From the human T2T-CHM13v2.0 reference genome, Homo sapiens: a DNA stretch of 64,000 nucleotides. Both the position numbers and the translations under genes were made by a program. Each line of letters begins with the position of its first letter. The first letter of the stretch is position 1. Positions 52,840-64,000 of this stretch are shown piece by piece. Under the pieces are notes generated by a model that ran no database searches, was not told where the DNA came from, and saw nothing but the letters and a program-made list of their open reading frames with translations. Location of the stretch: NCBI RefSeq assembly GCF_009914755.1, contig NC_060938.1; one strand, given 5' to 3'.

Positions 52840-53370
52840 GTGCATAGACTCTGGTTCAATAATCCTAGGTTCAAACTGTTCACTCCACAAAAGACTACAA
52901 GTTCTGTGACTGTGGGCAATTAATTAATTCTATAAAGACTCAGTTTTCTAATTTGTAAAAGTGAAATTTCTGTAAACATTAACTAAAGATATACCTGTAA
53001 CTTGCATACATACCACAATACATAGTATATAGAAACTATTCAATAAATTGCTAATGCAGCTAAAGATAATCTTTCCAGGTCTTTGCTCAATTGCCACCTC
53101 TCAGTGAGAACATCCTGATCTCCTTATTTGTATTTATAAGAGCTGTCCCTTTCTAACTATTTTTCTGTTCCCTTTTACCTGACATCATTTATCTTCATCA
53201 GAGATACTATATTTTATTGCTCAATTGATTAATTAACTAATTTTCTATCTCCCTCTACTAAAATTTAATTTCCTTGAGAAAAGAGTTTTGTCCGTGTTGC
53301 TAATTACACCTTTCCCAATAACTAGATTCTAGACCTTTAAAACAATGCCTAGTTAGGAATGAATTAATCA
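52840..53370 (+). mobile_element. MIR (~52840-53055) followed by an L2a 3' fragment (~53075-53370)
   Basis: CCTAGGTTCAAA...TGTGACTGTGGGCAA...CTCAGTTTTCTAATTTGTAAAA, then TCTTTGCTCAATTGCCACCTCTCAGTGAG...AACAATGCCTAG. Confidence 0.65.
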
Positions 53371-54004
53371 GTATTATTAAACTGTTGTGAACTTTAGACT
53401 ATAAGAAGAGTTTTAAAGCTCAAGAGAACACTTTTGTCACATATAAAACTTAAATCTTAGGGCTCATCTGAGTAAGTGGCTTATGCAATATCCAAACTCA
53501 GTTTAGTACTAGAACATAGCCTATTCCTGCAATTACCTGCAATATTTTGTTTACTTAATAATCATAATTTTTTATAGTTATTGCTTTTTGAGGATCTATT
53601 ACATGACCATTACTGTCCTTAATGTCTTATATAGTGGGGATAATTTTAATTTCTTATAGTTATGTTAAAAGACAGGTATTACGTTCCTCATTTAAATAAT
53701 TTTAGAGGTCCACTGTCTATGGAGTGCCTTTCTCCTTGCCTCCAACTTTTTTCCTACTACTATGTTGGGACAGTTCTTCAATTTTCTTGGCTATCGGCCT
53801 TGAATGTTTTAAAGAGCTATTGTGATTTATTTACAGAACCTGCTAGTATGTCTTCCTTCAAGTTCTCACAGCTTACAATAAACTAAAAATTGCCAAATGA
53901 GACATAGCTTTCTGATTTGCTAAAACATATTTTATCATTGAAACATTCTCCAAAATATACTCTAGTAAATGCAGAATTTGACTATTACTCTGTAGATGGT
54001 CATA

Positions 54005-54039
54005 CATAAACATAAACATAAACATAAACATAAACATAA
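54005..54039. repeat. (CATAAA)n hexanucleotide microsatellite
   Basis: About 6 near-perfect copies. Confidence 0.9.
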
Positions 54040-56728
54040 TGACCACTTCGTTACCACAGTCCTTTGAGGACTTTGGAAATCTTTTCCCTTATTAAATAAG
54101 ACTCTGCTTAATGTTAGACTGAGCATTTCTAAGTTGACCAGTGAAATTGTTCAAATTATGCCAAACATTCCCTTTTGGTTTTAACTACTCTTTAATGTTT
54201 TCTTCAACTTAATTTCCACTGATAAGCTATCTGAAGAAATGCTTTATTTAAAAAAGGAAATCCTCATTTTCTTAAAAAAAACCTATTATTTATTATGTAC
54301 CAAAACTCTGATATTGCTTTACATAAACATTTTCTGAAAGGTAGTATCCTTCCATTTCTTCATGAGAGAACAAGATATTGCTCAGGATGTCAAAGTAATT
54401 TGGAAAATTCAAATGACTGACCATTCAGATCTTCTTACATGAAAAGTCAATGCTTTTTCATATCTGCTACAGTATTGCTTCACCACTGCAGACAATAGTA
54501 GAAATAAACATATACGGAGCGTTACTGCTATTACTTCACCTTACCTCCCATCCACCCCCCTTTACTGGATAGTTAAAAAAAAAGTTTGATGGATTATTTG
54601 TTCTATCTTTTGTGTCTACTGGCATTATAAGACTAGGAAATACTGTGTCTCTAGCACAACTCAAATCAATAAACTTTTACAAAGATTTATGGAAGTTACA
54701 AGGTATTAAACAGCATTCTTCTTTGTTAATATCTCTCCAATGATCATAAAAACCCACATACAATGTGATTGCTATGGAAGCATTGTCACAGAAAGCGTAG
54801 AGGGCCTCAAGGATGATTTAGAGACAGTTTTTCCTGACATTTATCCTACAATCCTAATTCTTCCTTGTGTATATTTGGTAGTTTATATTAAATTGTATTC
54901 AATACATTATATACAGAAAACTATAATGCATTATCTCAAATTAATACAGATAAACTCAGCATAAGACATGTTCCTCACAGACTAAATAAAAATACAATAT
55001 GTAGTTATTCCCAATTTTTTTCTCACTTATATTGCTTATATCAAAGTATACCCATGTCAAGCATCCATAAATATGTCAAATGCCAAAACTAAGTAAATCT
55101 TAGACATTGGAAACAGAGAAAGTTTCAGCTTACCTCTACTTTTACTAGCATTGTAATATGTGAGTAAAGACAGATGATCAGCTGCATAATAATAATCCTG
55201 GTACATGGAAACCTGGGATATTACAGATTTAAAGGAATTCTGTAATATTTACTCAGTATAATTTATGCTGTATTTACTCAGAAATACAAGGATACAGGGC
55301 AATGAGGACTAAATGAAAATATCTGCTTAATTGGGGTGAACATATTTTAGTGAAATTGTATTTATATGGAGAGAGAGAGTGAGAGAGAGATTTTTGCAAG
55401 AGATTTACCTCTTTGTTTAGAGGGCATGAATAGGCAAATCTGAAATTCTTAGGCTGAAACCTCTCAGGTAGGAGTTGACACTGTAATAAACACATGAAAT
55501 TTCTTTTTTTCTGGGAAACTTCAGTTTTGCTCATAAGGCTTTTCAACTGATTGCATCTAATCCAACCAAATTAATCTTCATTACATAAAGTCAACTGATA
55601 GCGGATGTTACTCTTATGAATAAAATGCTTTCACAGAAACATCTAGAATCATTCTTGATGGAATAACTGGATACTGTAATCTAGCTGAGCTGACACATAA
55701 AACAGATCACCATAGTTTTTCCTTGCCAAATTGGCACCCATGCATACCTAACCTCCAAAGAAAGATGATAGCAAAGTCATACTTCCACTGAACATGACCC
55801 CACTGTCCCACACATAACCAAACCATGCTCAACTTTTCCCTAAATATTAAAATTCCTTACGTGATATTCACTTTAATATTCTGCAACTTAAATAACATAA
55901 TATATACTATTATTAATATATCTGTGTTAGATAATAAACAGGTAAGAAAAGAAAGAAACAAAAATATTACACACACATACACACAGTTAAGTCCTTATTT
56001 CTGCAACTTGTCAGGTTTCTATATTTGATATGCATAACTATTTTTTTCCATTATGCATTCCGTATTCCCTTTACCCTTGGGAAGTGCTTTAGCTGGTGTG
56101 GTTTTTTGCCGGTGGGGTGACATAAACCTTCATTTCTAAAAGGTCTCCATCATTAGCACATTAGCAGTCTTGCCTGAACTGAGTTATAATTTTCCATTGA
56201 CATTAATCACAGGATATAGTAGTACTAAGAAACACCTTAGGGATCTTCTGTGTTTCAGACATATACTTATGTATTTTCAGTGTGTAGTAGCAGTCTAATT
56301 TCTTCTTGGTAAACGGAATTAAACACCACATTCAGTAAATTAACTCCCCCTTTTGCCTTTTTATTTAGAGGCATGAGAAGTCCCAAGTGACAGGGGGCAG
56401 TCATGACTTCCAGCTTAATAGAAACAATGTTGTGTCTCCAGATGGAAACTTTTCTCCTTTTGGAATTAAGACATTTACACCAGCACAACCTAAGGTTATC
56501 GGGGAAAGGAAACCAAGACTGTGCTCATAGATTACTAGAGGTAATAGTTAGTGGTACTATTTTGCCTCTTGATACCTTGACTAGTGAATCTTAACTATGA
56601 GAGGAATGGCACCACATATTAGACATTGATTTAGAGCACATATAGCCTCCTAGAGGCTACTGTGCTAGCCCTGCTACGTACTGAGATATAACTGGGTTTA
56701 TAAATGAGTTTTCAAAAGGCCATTTTAA

Positions 56729-57057
<329 letters not shown>

Positions 57058-59239
57058 TTATCATCCTATCAAGCCACCTGCTTAAATGTAATGGAGAATC
57101 TGATGAGATCAGTGAATTTCATGAGCATCAGTCCATTGCCGTATTTCCTTTCTATGTAATGAGTTCCTTGATCAGAAACAGTAGGTTGTAGAATACAGTG
57201 ACTGTGGATAAGGCTTTCTGTAAGTCCACAGATTGTAGTTTGACAAAGCATTGTGTTCAGGGAAAGCAAATTCATATCTAGAGCAATAATTCTAGTAAGA
57301 GCAAAGCACAACCCCTTCTACAATGGAAGTGGTCCAATGTTATCAACCTGCCATCAGGTTGATTACTCTGGGAATGGTGCCGTATTGAGAATCCAGTGTT
57401 GGTTTCCATTTTTGAGCACTCAGCAGTGGCTATAACCATGTTCATTTTGGTGAGTAAAAGTCCATATTGCTGAGCCCATGCTTCATCTCTATCCTCACTA
57501 CCATGGCCACTATCTTCACAAGCCCATTGTACATGATACATGAAAGAGACTGACTGGTGTCCACAGAATGTGTCATCCTACCTACTTCATTATTAAAATA
57601 CTCCTTTGGTGAGGATTTGTACAAGACATAAATATTTTCATGTCCATTTCCAATTCAAAGAGGTTTAACTGTGTACCTCTTCCTCAGAATTCTTTGTCAT
57701 TGGTTTACCAATTATGTTTCTTCCAATTTCTTGAGAATCCATTCAAATAATTGGCTGCAGCTCATAAATTGAAATATGCTCATACCTCTGGTTATTCCTC
57801 CTTCCAAGCAAAATGAACAATCAGGTACAAAACTCAAAGTTCTGACAACTTGGAGGACTTCCCATCACAAATATCCTAGAGAGGTGTCATAGTGTTACCA
57901 CTGTCCGCTTTTGGCTGACGCCAGTAGATCATGCAGAGCCATTTAGAAACCAGGTCTAAGATTTTTCTCCCACAGTTTACTGGTTATAGGGAGCCATCCA
58001 TGAGGTTATAGTTGTTGCTTGGAGAAAGAAGTAGGGTAGTAGGAGTAGGGACCATGGGCAATGTGTACTGATGACCTATTCAGCTTAAAGAGTACTGCTT
58101 CTGGTGATTTCTACTAACAGGTATCAAGAAAAAAAATCATTTACCAGATTAATAGATGCATGCCACATATGAAGGGATGTATTAATTTGCAAGAGCAATG
58201 AAGTAACATCGAGCACAGCATCTGCAAATGAAATCACCCACCTGATAAAATTTATGATTATCCACTCTCATTCTCCATGATCCATTTGTTTGTTGCATTT
58301 GTCAAATAGGAGAGCTGAATACAGATTTGGTGGGACTCACAACATCGGAATCTTTCAAATCCTTGCAATCCCTCTGGAATCCATTATTACTTCTTTTAGT
58401 TAACCACATATATATAGTACAACAAAACAGCCCTAACTCCACAGGTCAGGGGAACAATGTACCTATTCTTTTAGTTGCTGAGTATTTCTACTCCAGCTAA
58501 ACATTCCAGAACTTAGGAAATAACTACAGGGTGGGTTTAGAGACCCACTGTGAGATGTACCTGAGCTAAAACTCCATTGATAACTTGATCTACATAATGT
58601 AACACAGTAGCCTCTTGGACCTAAATTTTTTTCCCCTGAAATTTGAATAATCTCTGAAAAGTCATATTAGTTTGCTTTCTCAAATGAAGTCACTCTGGTA
58701 AATGGCAATAGATATGTTTGGAGAAGGATGGGAGAAAAATGAGCAGTATAAATTTTGGAATGCATAGCATGATTTCCTCAAAATTATCTGGATTTCCTTT
58801 AATTCAAGAAATTCTGAGTCTGTAAAGTGCCTCATGTCTGAAAACTTATTCGGAGTTCATGACATTGTTTTGGTGATTCAAGTTAGACTTCTGTTCATTC
58901 AACCTGGAAATTTTCTGCTTAAAAAGATCAAAAAATAGTTTAGTAGACTGGTTATCTATTTCCTTTCAAGGGACACCATACTTAACTTGTCAATTCCATG
59001 GTTTTCTCTGAGTCAGACTATTTTAATCACTGCTTTGACTCTGCTGTCCATTACTGCTTTGACACTACTGTCCACATTGATGCCACTTTGTCTTTGGTGA
59101 TCAATTGACAATATTTTCTTCCTGCCATTCCAGGTTCAATGATCTCCATTGCATTTATAGAGTCCAGTGTGGTGGCTAGAGTTCCCATTGTAATTTGGCA
59201 CCTAAAAAAAAGAGTAACCACAAAGCTCTTTAAGGATGC

Positions 59240-59649
59240 TTGTCAGCTCAGGTGGTCATTATAATATACCATAGCCCAGGTGGCTAAAACAACAGAAATG
59301 TATTCTCTCACAGTTCTGCAGGCTAGAAGTCTATGATTATGATGCCAGCATGGCAGCATGGTCATGTTATAGTGAGTATTCTCCTCCTGGTTAGTAAATG
59401 GGCTGGCCACAATCTCACTGTGTGTTCAAATAACTTCTTTGTGCCTGCTTGGAGAAAGAGAGAGAGAGTGAGCCAGCTCATTGGTGCCTCTTCTTATAAG
59501 GGCACTCATTCCACTATGACAGCCCCACGATCATGACCTTGTCTAAACATCATTATCTTCCAAAGGCCCCATTTCCAAATACCGTCATATTGGGCGTTAA
59601 GATTTCAACATATAAATTTTGGAGGGGGAGCATAATCCAGCCCATAACA
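59240..59649 (-). mobile_element. MLT1A0-like solo LTR inserted in ERV-L gag
   Basis: AACAACAGAAATGTATTCTCTCACAGTTCTGCAGGCTAGAAGTC...CAGCCCATAACA. Confidence 0.85.
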
Positions 59650-60477
59650 CTGAGGCTCTATCACAAATTTGTTTCCTGAAGTCATGGTGAAAGGAGGTAT
59701 TTCCTCTGGACTTTCCTGGATGGGTGAGCAGGTCTTACATGATAAGTCCACTCTAACATGCCAGTCTCCCTAATCTTTTGAATACTTCCCTGAAACAGTA
59801 TACTGAGGCAATGTTGGGTTTTTAATTCATTGAATATAGGTCACCTTTAGATTCATGTTTCAGTCAATCAAATTACCAAACCGTTAAAGCTCTTTCAAAT
59901 CCCTTTAGCTAAAACAATGAATCTAGAATTTCTGATTAGTCGACCTATATCAATAAATTCAACCTGAGCCATCTTGATTTATTTTTCTATCAATATTTCA
60001 AAGCTTTAATATTCATTCCTGTACACATTCCTCAGAGTTCTTTCTGTATAACTTGGTAAAAAATAATGCAGTTCTTTTGACATGTAGTATAACTCGTCAT
60101 GGGTTATCCTTTGTATCTCACCATTTGAGGCATTCTCAGACTTGAATATAGTTATAGATCTAGAAACAAAGAGAGGTGGTGAGAGTAAATCCTATGGACA
60201 GTCAGCAATATCTTGCAAAGCAATTACCACAGGGAAGGCCATTATAGGTTCTATAGTAAAAACAGAATAAACGTCTCCAAACATTGGTGAACAGTCTGCT
60301 TCTACTGGCCAAGAAAACTCAGCAGAACTGGCTTCAATATCCCCAGTGTCAATGGCATTTTTTCCGATTTTCCTATTCTACTTTTCAGATCTCATTCCCT
60401 TCATTCCTTTCACCTTGTGAAGTTGGGGGATTGCTGTGGTTTCGATGTGTCCACTAAAGTTAATGGATTGACAACGT

Positions 60478-60665
60478 AAATATATATATATTATATTAAT
60501 ATATAACATTATATAGCCTATATTATTATATAATATATAATGCATTATATAATTATATATAATAAAATGTTATATAATTATATATTATAAATATATAAAT
60601 ATTTATATATATATCACTTGTATATATAGGGTACGAGTGCAATTTTGTTACATGCATAGATTGCA

Positions 60666-60703
<38 letters not shown>

Positions 60704-60705
60704 TG
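60478..60705. repeat. AT-rich low-complexity/(TA)n tract around an L1 3' terminus
   Basis: Almost pure A/T with TA runs; contains the L1 3' snippet GGGTACGAGTGCAATTTTGTTACATGCATAG. Confidence 0.85.
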
Positions 60706-62089
60706 CACACCACAATTTCTTTTTCCACTCATTGATTTATGAGCATTTGGGTTGATATTTTTGAAATTGCAAATTGTGATGCTATAAAAATGCCTGTGCA
60801 AGCACCTTTTTTGTGTAATGACTTATCTTCCTCTGGGTAGATACCCAGTTGTGAGATTGCTGGATCAAATGGTAGTTCTACTTTTAGTTATTTAAGGAAA
60901 CTTCACACTGTTTTCCATAGCTGTTGTAATAGTTTATTACCTTCCCACCAGCAGTGTAAAAGTGTTCTCTTTCCAGCACATCCCTGCCACATCTATTATT
61001 TTTTGATTAATGGTCATTCTTGCAGGAGTAAGGTGGTATTGCATAGTGGTTTTGATTTGCATTTCTCCAATCATTGGTAGTCTCGAGCATTTTTTTCATA
61101 TGTTTGTTGACCATTTGTCTATCTTCTTTTGAGAATTGTCTATTCATGTCCTTAGCCCATTTTTTGATGGGATCTTTTTTTTTCTTGTTAATTTGTTTGA
61201 GTTCCCAGTAGATTCTGGACAATAGTCCTTTGCCGGATGTATAGATTGTGAAGATTTTCTCCCACTCTGTGGGTTGTCTGTTTACTCTGCTGATTTTTGT
61301 TTTGTTTTGTTTTGCTGGGCAGAAACTTTTTAGTTTAATTAAACTCTACCTACTTATTATTGTTTTTGTTGCATTTGCTTTTGGGTTCTTTGTCATGAAG
61401 TATTTGCCTAAGCCAATGTCTAGAAGGGTTTTTCAGTGCCATTATCTAGAATTTTTATAGTTTCAAGTTTTAGATTAAATCCTTGATCCTTCTTGAGTTG
61501 ATATTTTATTAAGTGAGAGATGAGGGTCCAGTTTCATTCTTTTACATGTGGCTTGTTAATTACCCCAGTACTATTTGTTAAATAGGGTGTCCTTTCTCCA
61601 TTTTATGTTTTTTTTCTCTTTGTCAAAGATCAGTTGGCTGTAAGTATTTGGCTTTATTTCTGGGTTCTCTATTCTGTTCTATGGTCTATGTGCCTATTTT
61701 TATACCAGGATCATGCTGTTTTGGTGACTATGGCCTTATATTATAGTTTGAGGTCATGTAATCTGATGCCTCCAGATTTGTTCTTTTTGCTTAATCTTGC
61801 TTTGACTGTGTGGGCTCTTTTATGGATAATATGAAAAGATAAAGAAAATCCGTATTAATTTTAGGATTGTCTTTTCTAGTTCTGTGAAGAATGATGGTGG
61901 TAGTTTGCATTGAATTGGTAGATTTTCACAATATTGATTCTACCCATTGATGAGTATGGGATGTGTTTCCATTTTTTTGGCATCTCTAATTTCTTTCAGC
62001 AGTTTTGTAGTTTTCCTTGTAGAGGTCTTTCACCTCCTTGGTTAGGTATATTCCTAAGTATTTTTTTTTCAGCTATTGTAAATGGGGTT
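60628..62089 (-). mobile_element. L1PB ORF2 3' region (antisense)
   Basis: Peptide [33 protein letters not shown]; L1PB-type CTCTGGGTAGATACCCAG. Confidence 0.88.
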
Positions 62090-62375
62090 AAGTCCAGAAT
62101 GAAAAACCAAACATTATATGTTTTCACTCATGAGTGGGAGCTAAGCTATGAGGATATAAAGGCATAAGAATGGTACAATGGACCTTGGGGACTTGGGGGA
62201 AAGGGTGGAAGTGGGGTGAGGGATAAAAGACCACAAATTGGATATAGCATATATTGCTTGGGTGATAAATGCACCATAATCTCACAAATCACCACTAAAG
62301 AACTTACTCATGTAAGCAAACACTACCTTTTCCACAAAAACCTACGGAATTAAAAAATAAAACAAAAACAAATAA
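62090..62375 (+). mobile_element. L1PB1/2 3'UTR end with A-rich tail
   Basis: GGGAGCTAAGCTATGAGGAT...CAAATCACCACTAAAGAACTTACTCATGTAA...GGAATTAAAAAATAAAA. Confidence 0.88.
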
Positions 62376-63555
62376 CTAACTCTTTAAATGGCATTGAATG
62401 CTATTCTCAATATCTATGTCACCTGCATGTCTGCTTTTATTGACTACTTATTCTCATTCACTTTTTTATAGTACTTCTCATCTTTCATAATCTTTTTGTA
62501 ATATATGAGGTGTTGTCTGTAAAATAACAATAATGCATGAAGTAAATTTTTTTGTTTTATTTCATTTTTTTCTATAGAGTGAAAAGCTAAAAAGCTTGCT
62601 TCTGTAAGGCAGCAACATTTTAGAGTTGTATTTTCCTACTAGTGGAACTCAACTTGTGCTAACCCTGTTTTAATTAGATTGACTTCTCCTTTGCTTTAAA
62701 TGTATTTAATCTGTTTGTTAAAGTTAATATAGTTAAATTTAAAATATGTGCCACCTGAGAAAATGTCCAACTTTTCATTAAACCTCTTAATAACAAAGCT
62801 TATTAATATTCTCTTGACTTAAGCTGGTATTGTTTTGGTTCACAATTTATATTACTTATGTTTTGTGTTTCTTTTCAACTATAGAAGGGTTGCCTAATAA
62901 AAGTACTGGTAAATCACATGAAATTGTGGGAACTCTCTATGTTTGCCAGTTGTGCCTCTTCAGGCAATTTTTCTTGAAATTTCCCAGAGTTAGTGGGGTG
63001 GAAACGTTTCACATTCTTTTGCATTTATTGGTCTTTCAGATTTCAATCCACCATGTGGGCTTACAGTATCATTAGTGGCTCACCTACTTTCTTCTCATCC
63101 TTGCAAAGTCTCTCCATCTTTGATAGACACTGCTTCTTTGCCCACTTGCCCACTTGTATCCAGACCAGGCACTTGTCACCTGATAAAAAAGAAACTTTTG
63201 CTCTTTGCTCTCCTTTATAGGAGGGCTATAGTATGTGTGTGTGTGTATATATATATATAGTATAGGGCTATTTTTCTCTGTAGAATTTAGTTCAAATAAG
63301 GTTTCTTTGCATTCAACACTCTTCAATATCTTGAAGTAGGAGTACATTTTTAATTTTATCTAATTATTGTATTGTTATGAATTGCATAATGTTTTATATT
63401 TTGCTTTCTAGCTAGAAGTAAAACTACTCTTACATGTAATTGTTTGTCATTCAACTTAGTGGAAAATACTGTGGGCTAGGCATTAATATGTACACTATAA
63501 AATTGAACACATTATTTTATACTGCTGAAACTTTATCTTCTCTTCTCTAAGAAGG

Positions 63556-63946
63556 TCTATTAATCTGATCAGACTGCCATAACAAAATACTAGACCGAGT
63601 GGCTTAAACAAATGTTATTTATTTTCTAATAGTTTTGAAGGCCAGATCCTTGATTAATGTGCCCATACATTCAGTTTCTAGTACTGGCTCTCTTCCTTGC
63701 TTGCAGAAAGCTGCCTTCTCAATGTGGCTTCATTTGACCTTTATTTTGTGAATGCATAGTAAGAAGGAGAGCTCTGGTCTCTCTTCATATTCTTCAAAGG
63801 ACATCAGTCTTATAGGACTAGGACCTCATTTATGGCCCTGTTTAATTTCAGTTACTTCCCTCAAGGCCCTATCTCCAAGCACTATCATGTTGGGAGATAG
63901 GAAGTTAATATATGAATTTTGGGAGGACACAATGCAGTCCACAACA
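63556..63946 (-). mobile_element. MLT1A-like solo LTR
   Basis: CTGCCATAACAAAATAC...GTGGCTTAAACA...GACACAATGCAGTCCACAACA; near-TSD GAAGG/GAAGA. Confidence 0.85.
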
Positions 63947-64000
63947 GAAGAAGAACAAATTTTTATTTTCCTCAGGGTCTAATAATTACAGGCTGTGCTT

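Noticed and set aside
59030-59076. 24-bp imperfect tandem repeat
   Set aside because: Lies in a low-complexity part of ERV-L gag; ordinary slippage.

Overview
Human (primate) AT-rich, repeat-dense genomic DNA with no recognisable cellular protein-coding exon, RNA gene or CRISPR array. Every long ORF in the track comes from a retroelement: L1 ORF1/ORF2, THE1 internal, ERV1 gag, ERV-L pol/dUTPase or Alu antisense frames. The window is a layered record of L2/MIR, old L1M, MaLR (THE1/MST/MLT1), ERV-L (MLT2, LTR16A), ERV1 (MER41A, LTR27/28-like, MER39, MER67, LTR7), Alu J/S/Y and L1PA/L1PB insertions. A twin-primed L1HS Ta-1 copy identifies the DNA as human and may be polymorphic. I see no evidence for a new gene system. 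The most unusual signals are DNA-repair and rearrangement scars. (1) A young, doubly truncated L1 fragment lacks poly(A) and TSD, carries D205H at an endonuclease catalytic residue, and is fused to a 137-bp inverted copy of nearby DNA. (2) A THE1 LTR is broken by a micro-inversion with templated junctions. (3) A 35-bp repeat is built from a perfect palindrome. (4) A captured L1 snippet is duplicated at a truncated MLT2A LTR. Repeat subfamily names come from recalled consensus motifs, not from a RepeatMasker or Dfam run.
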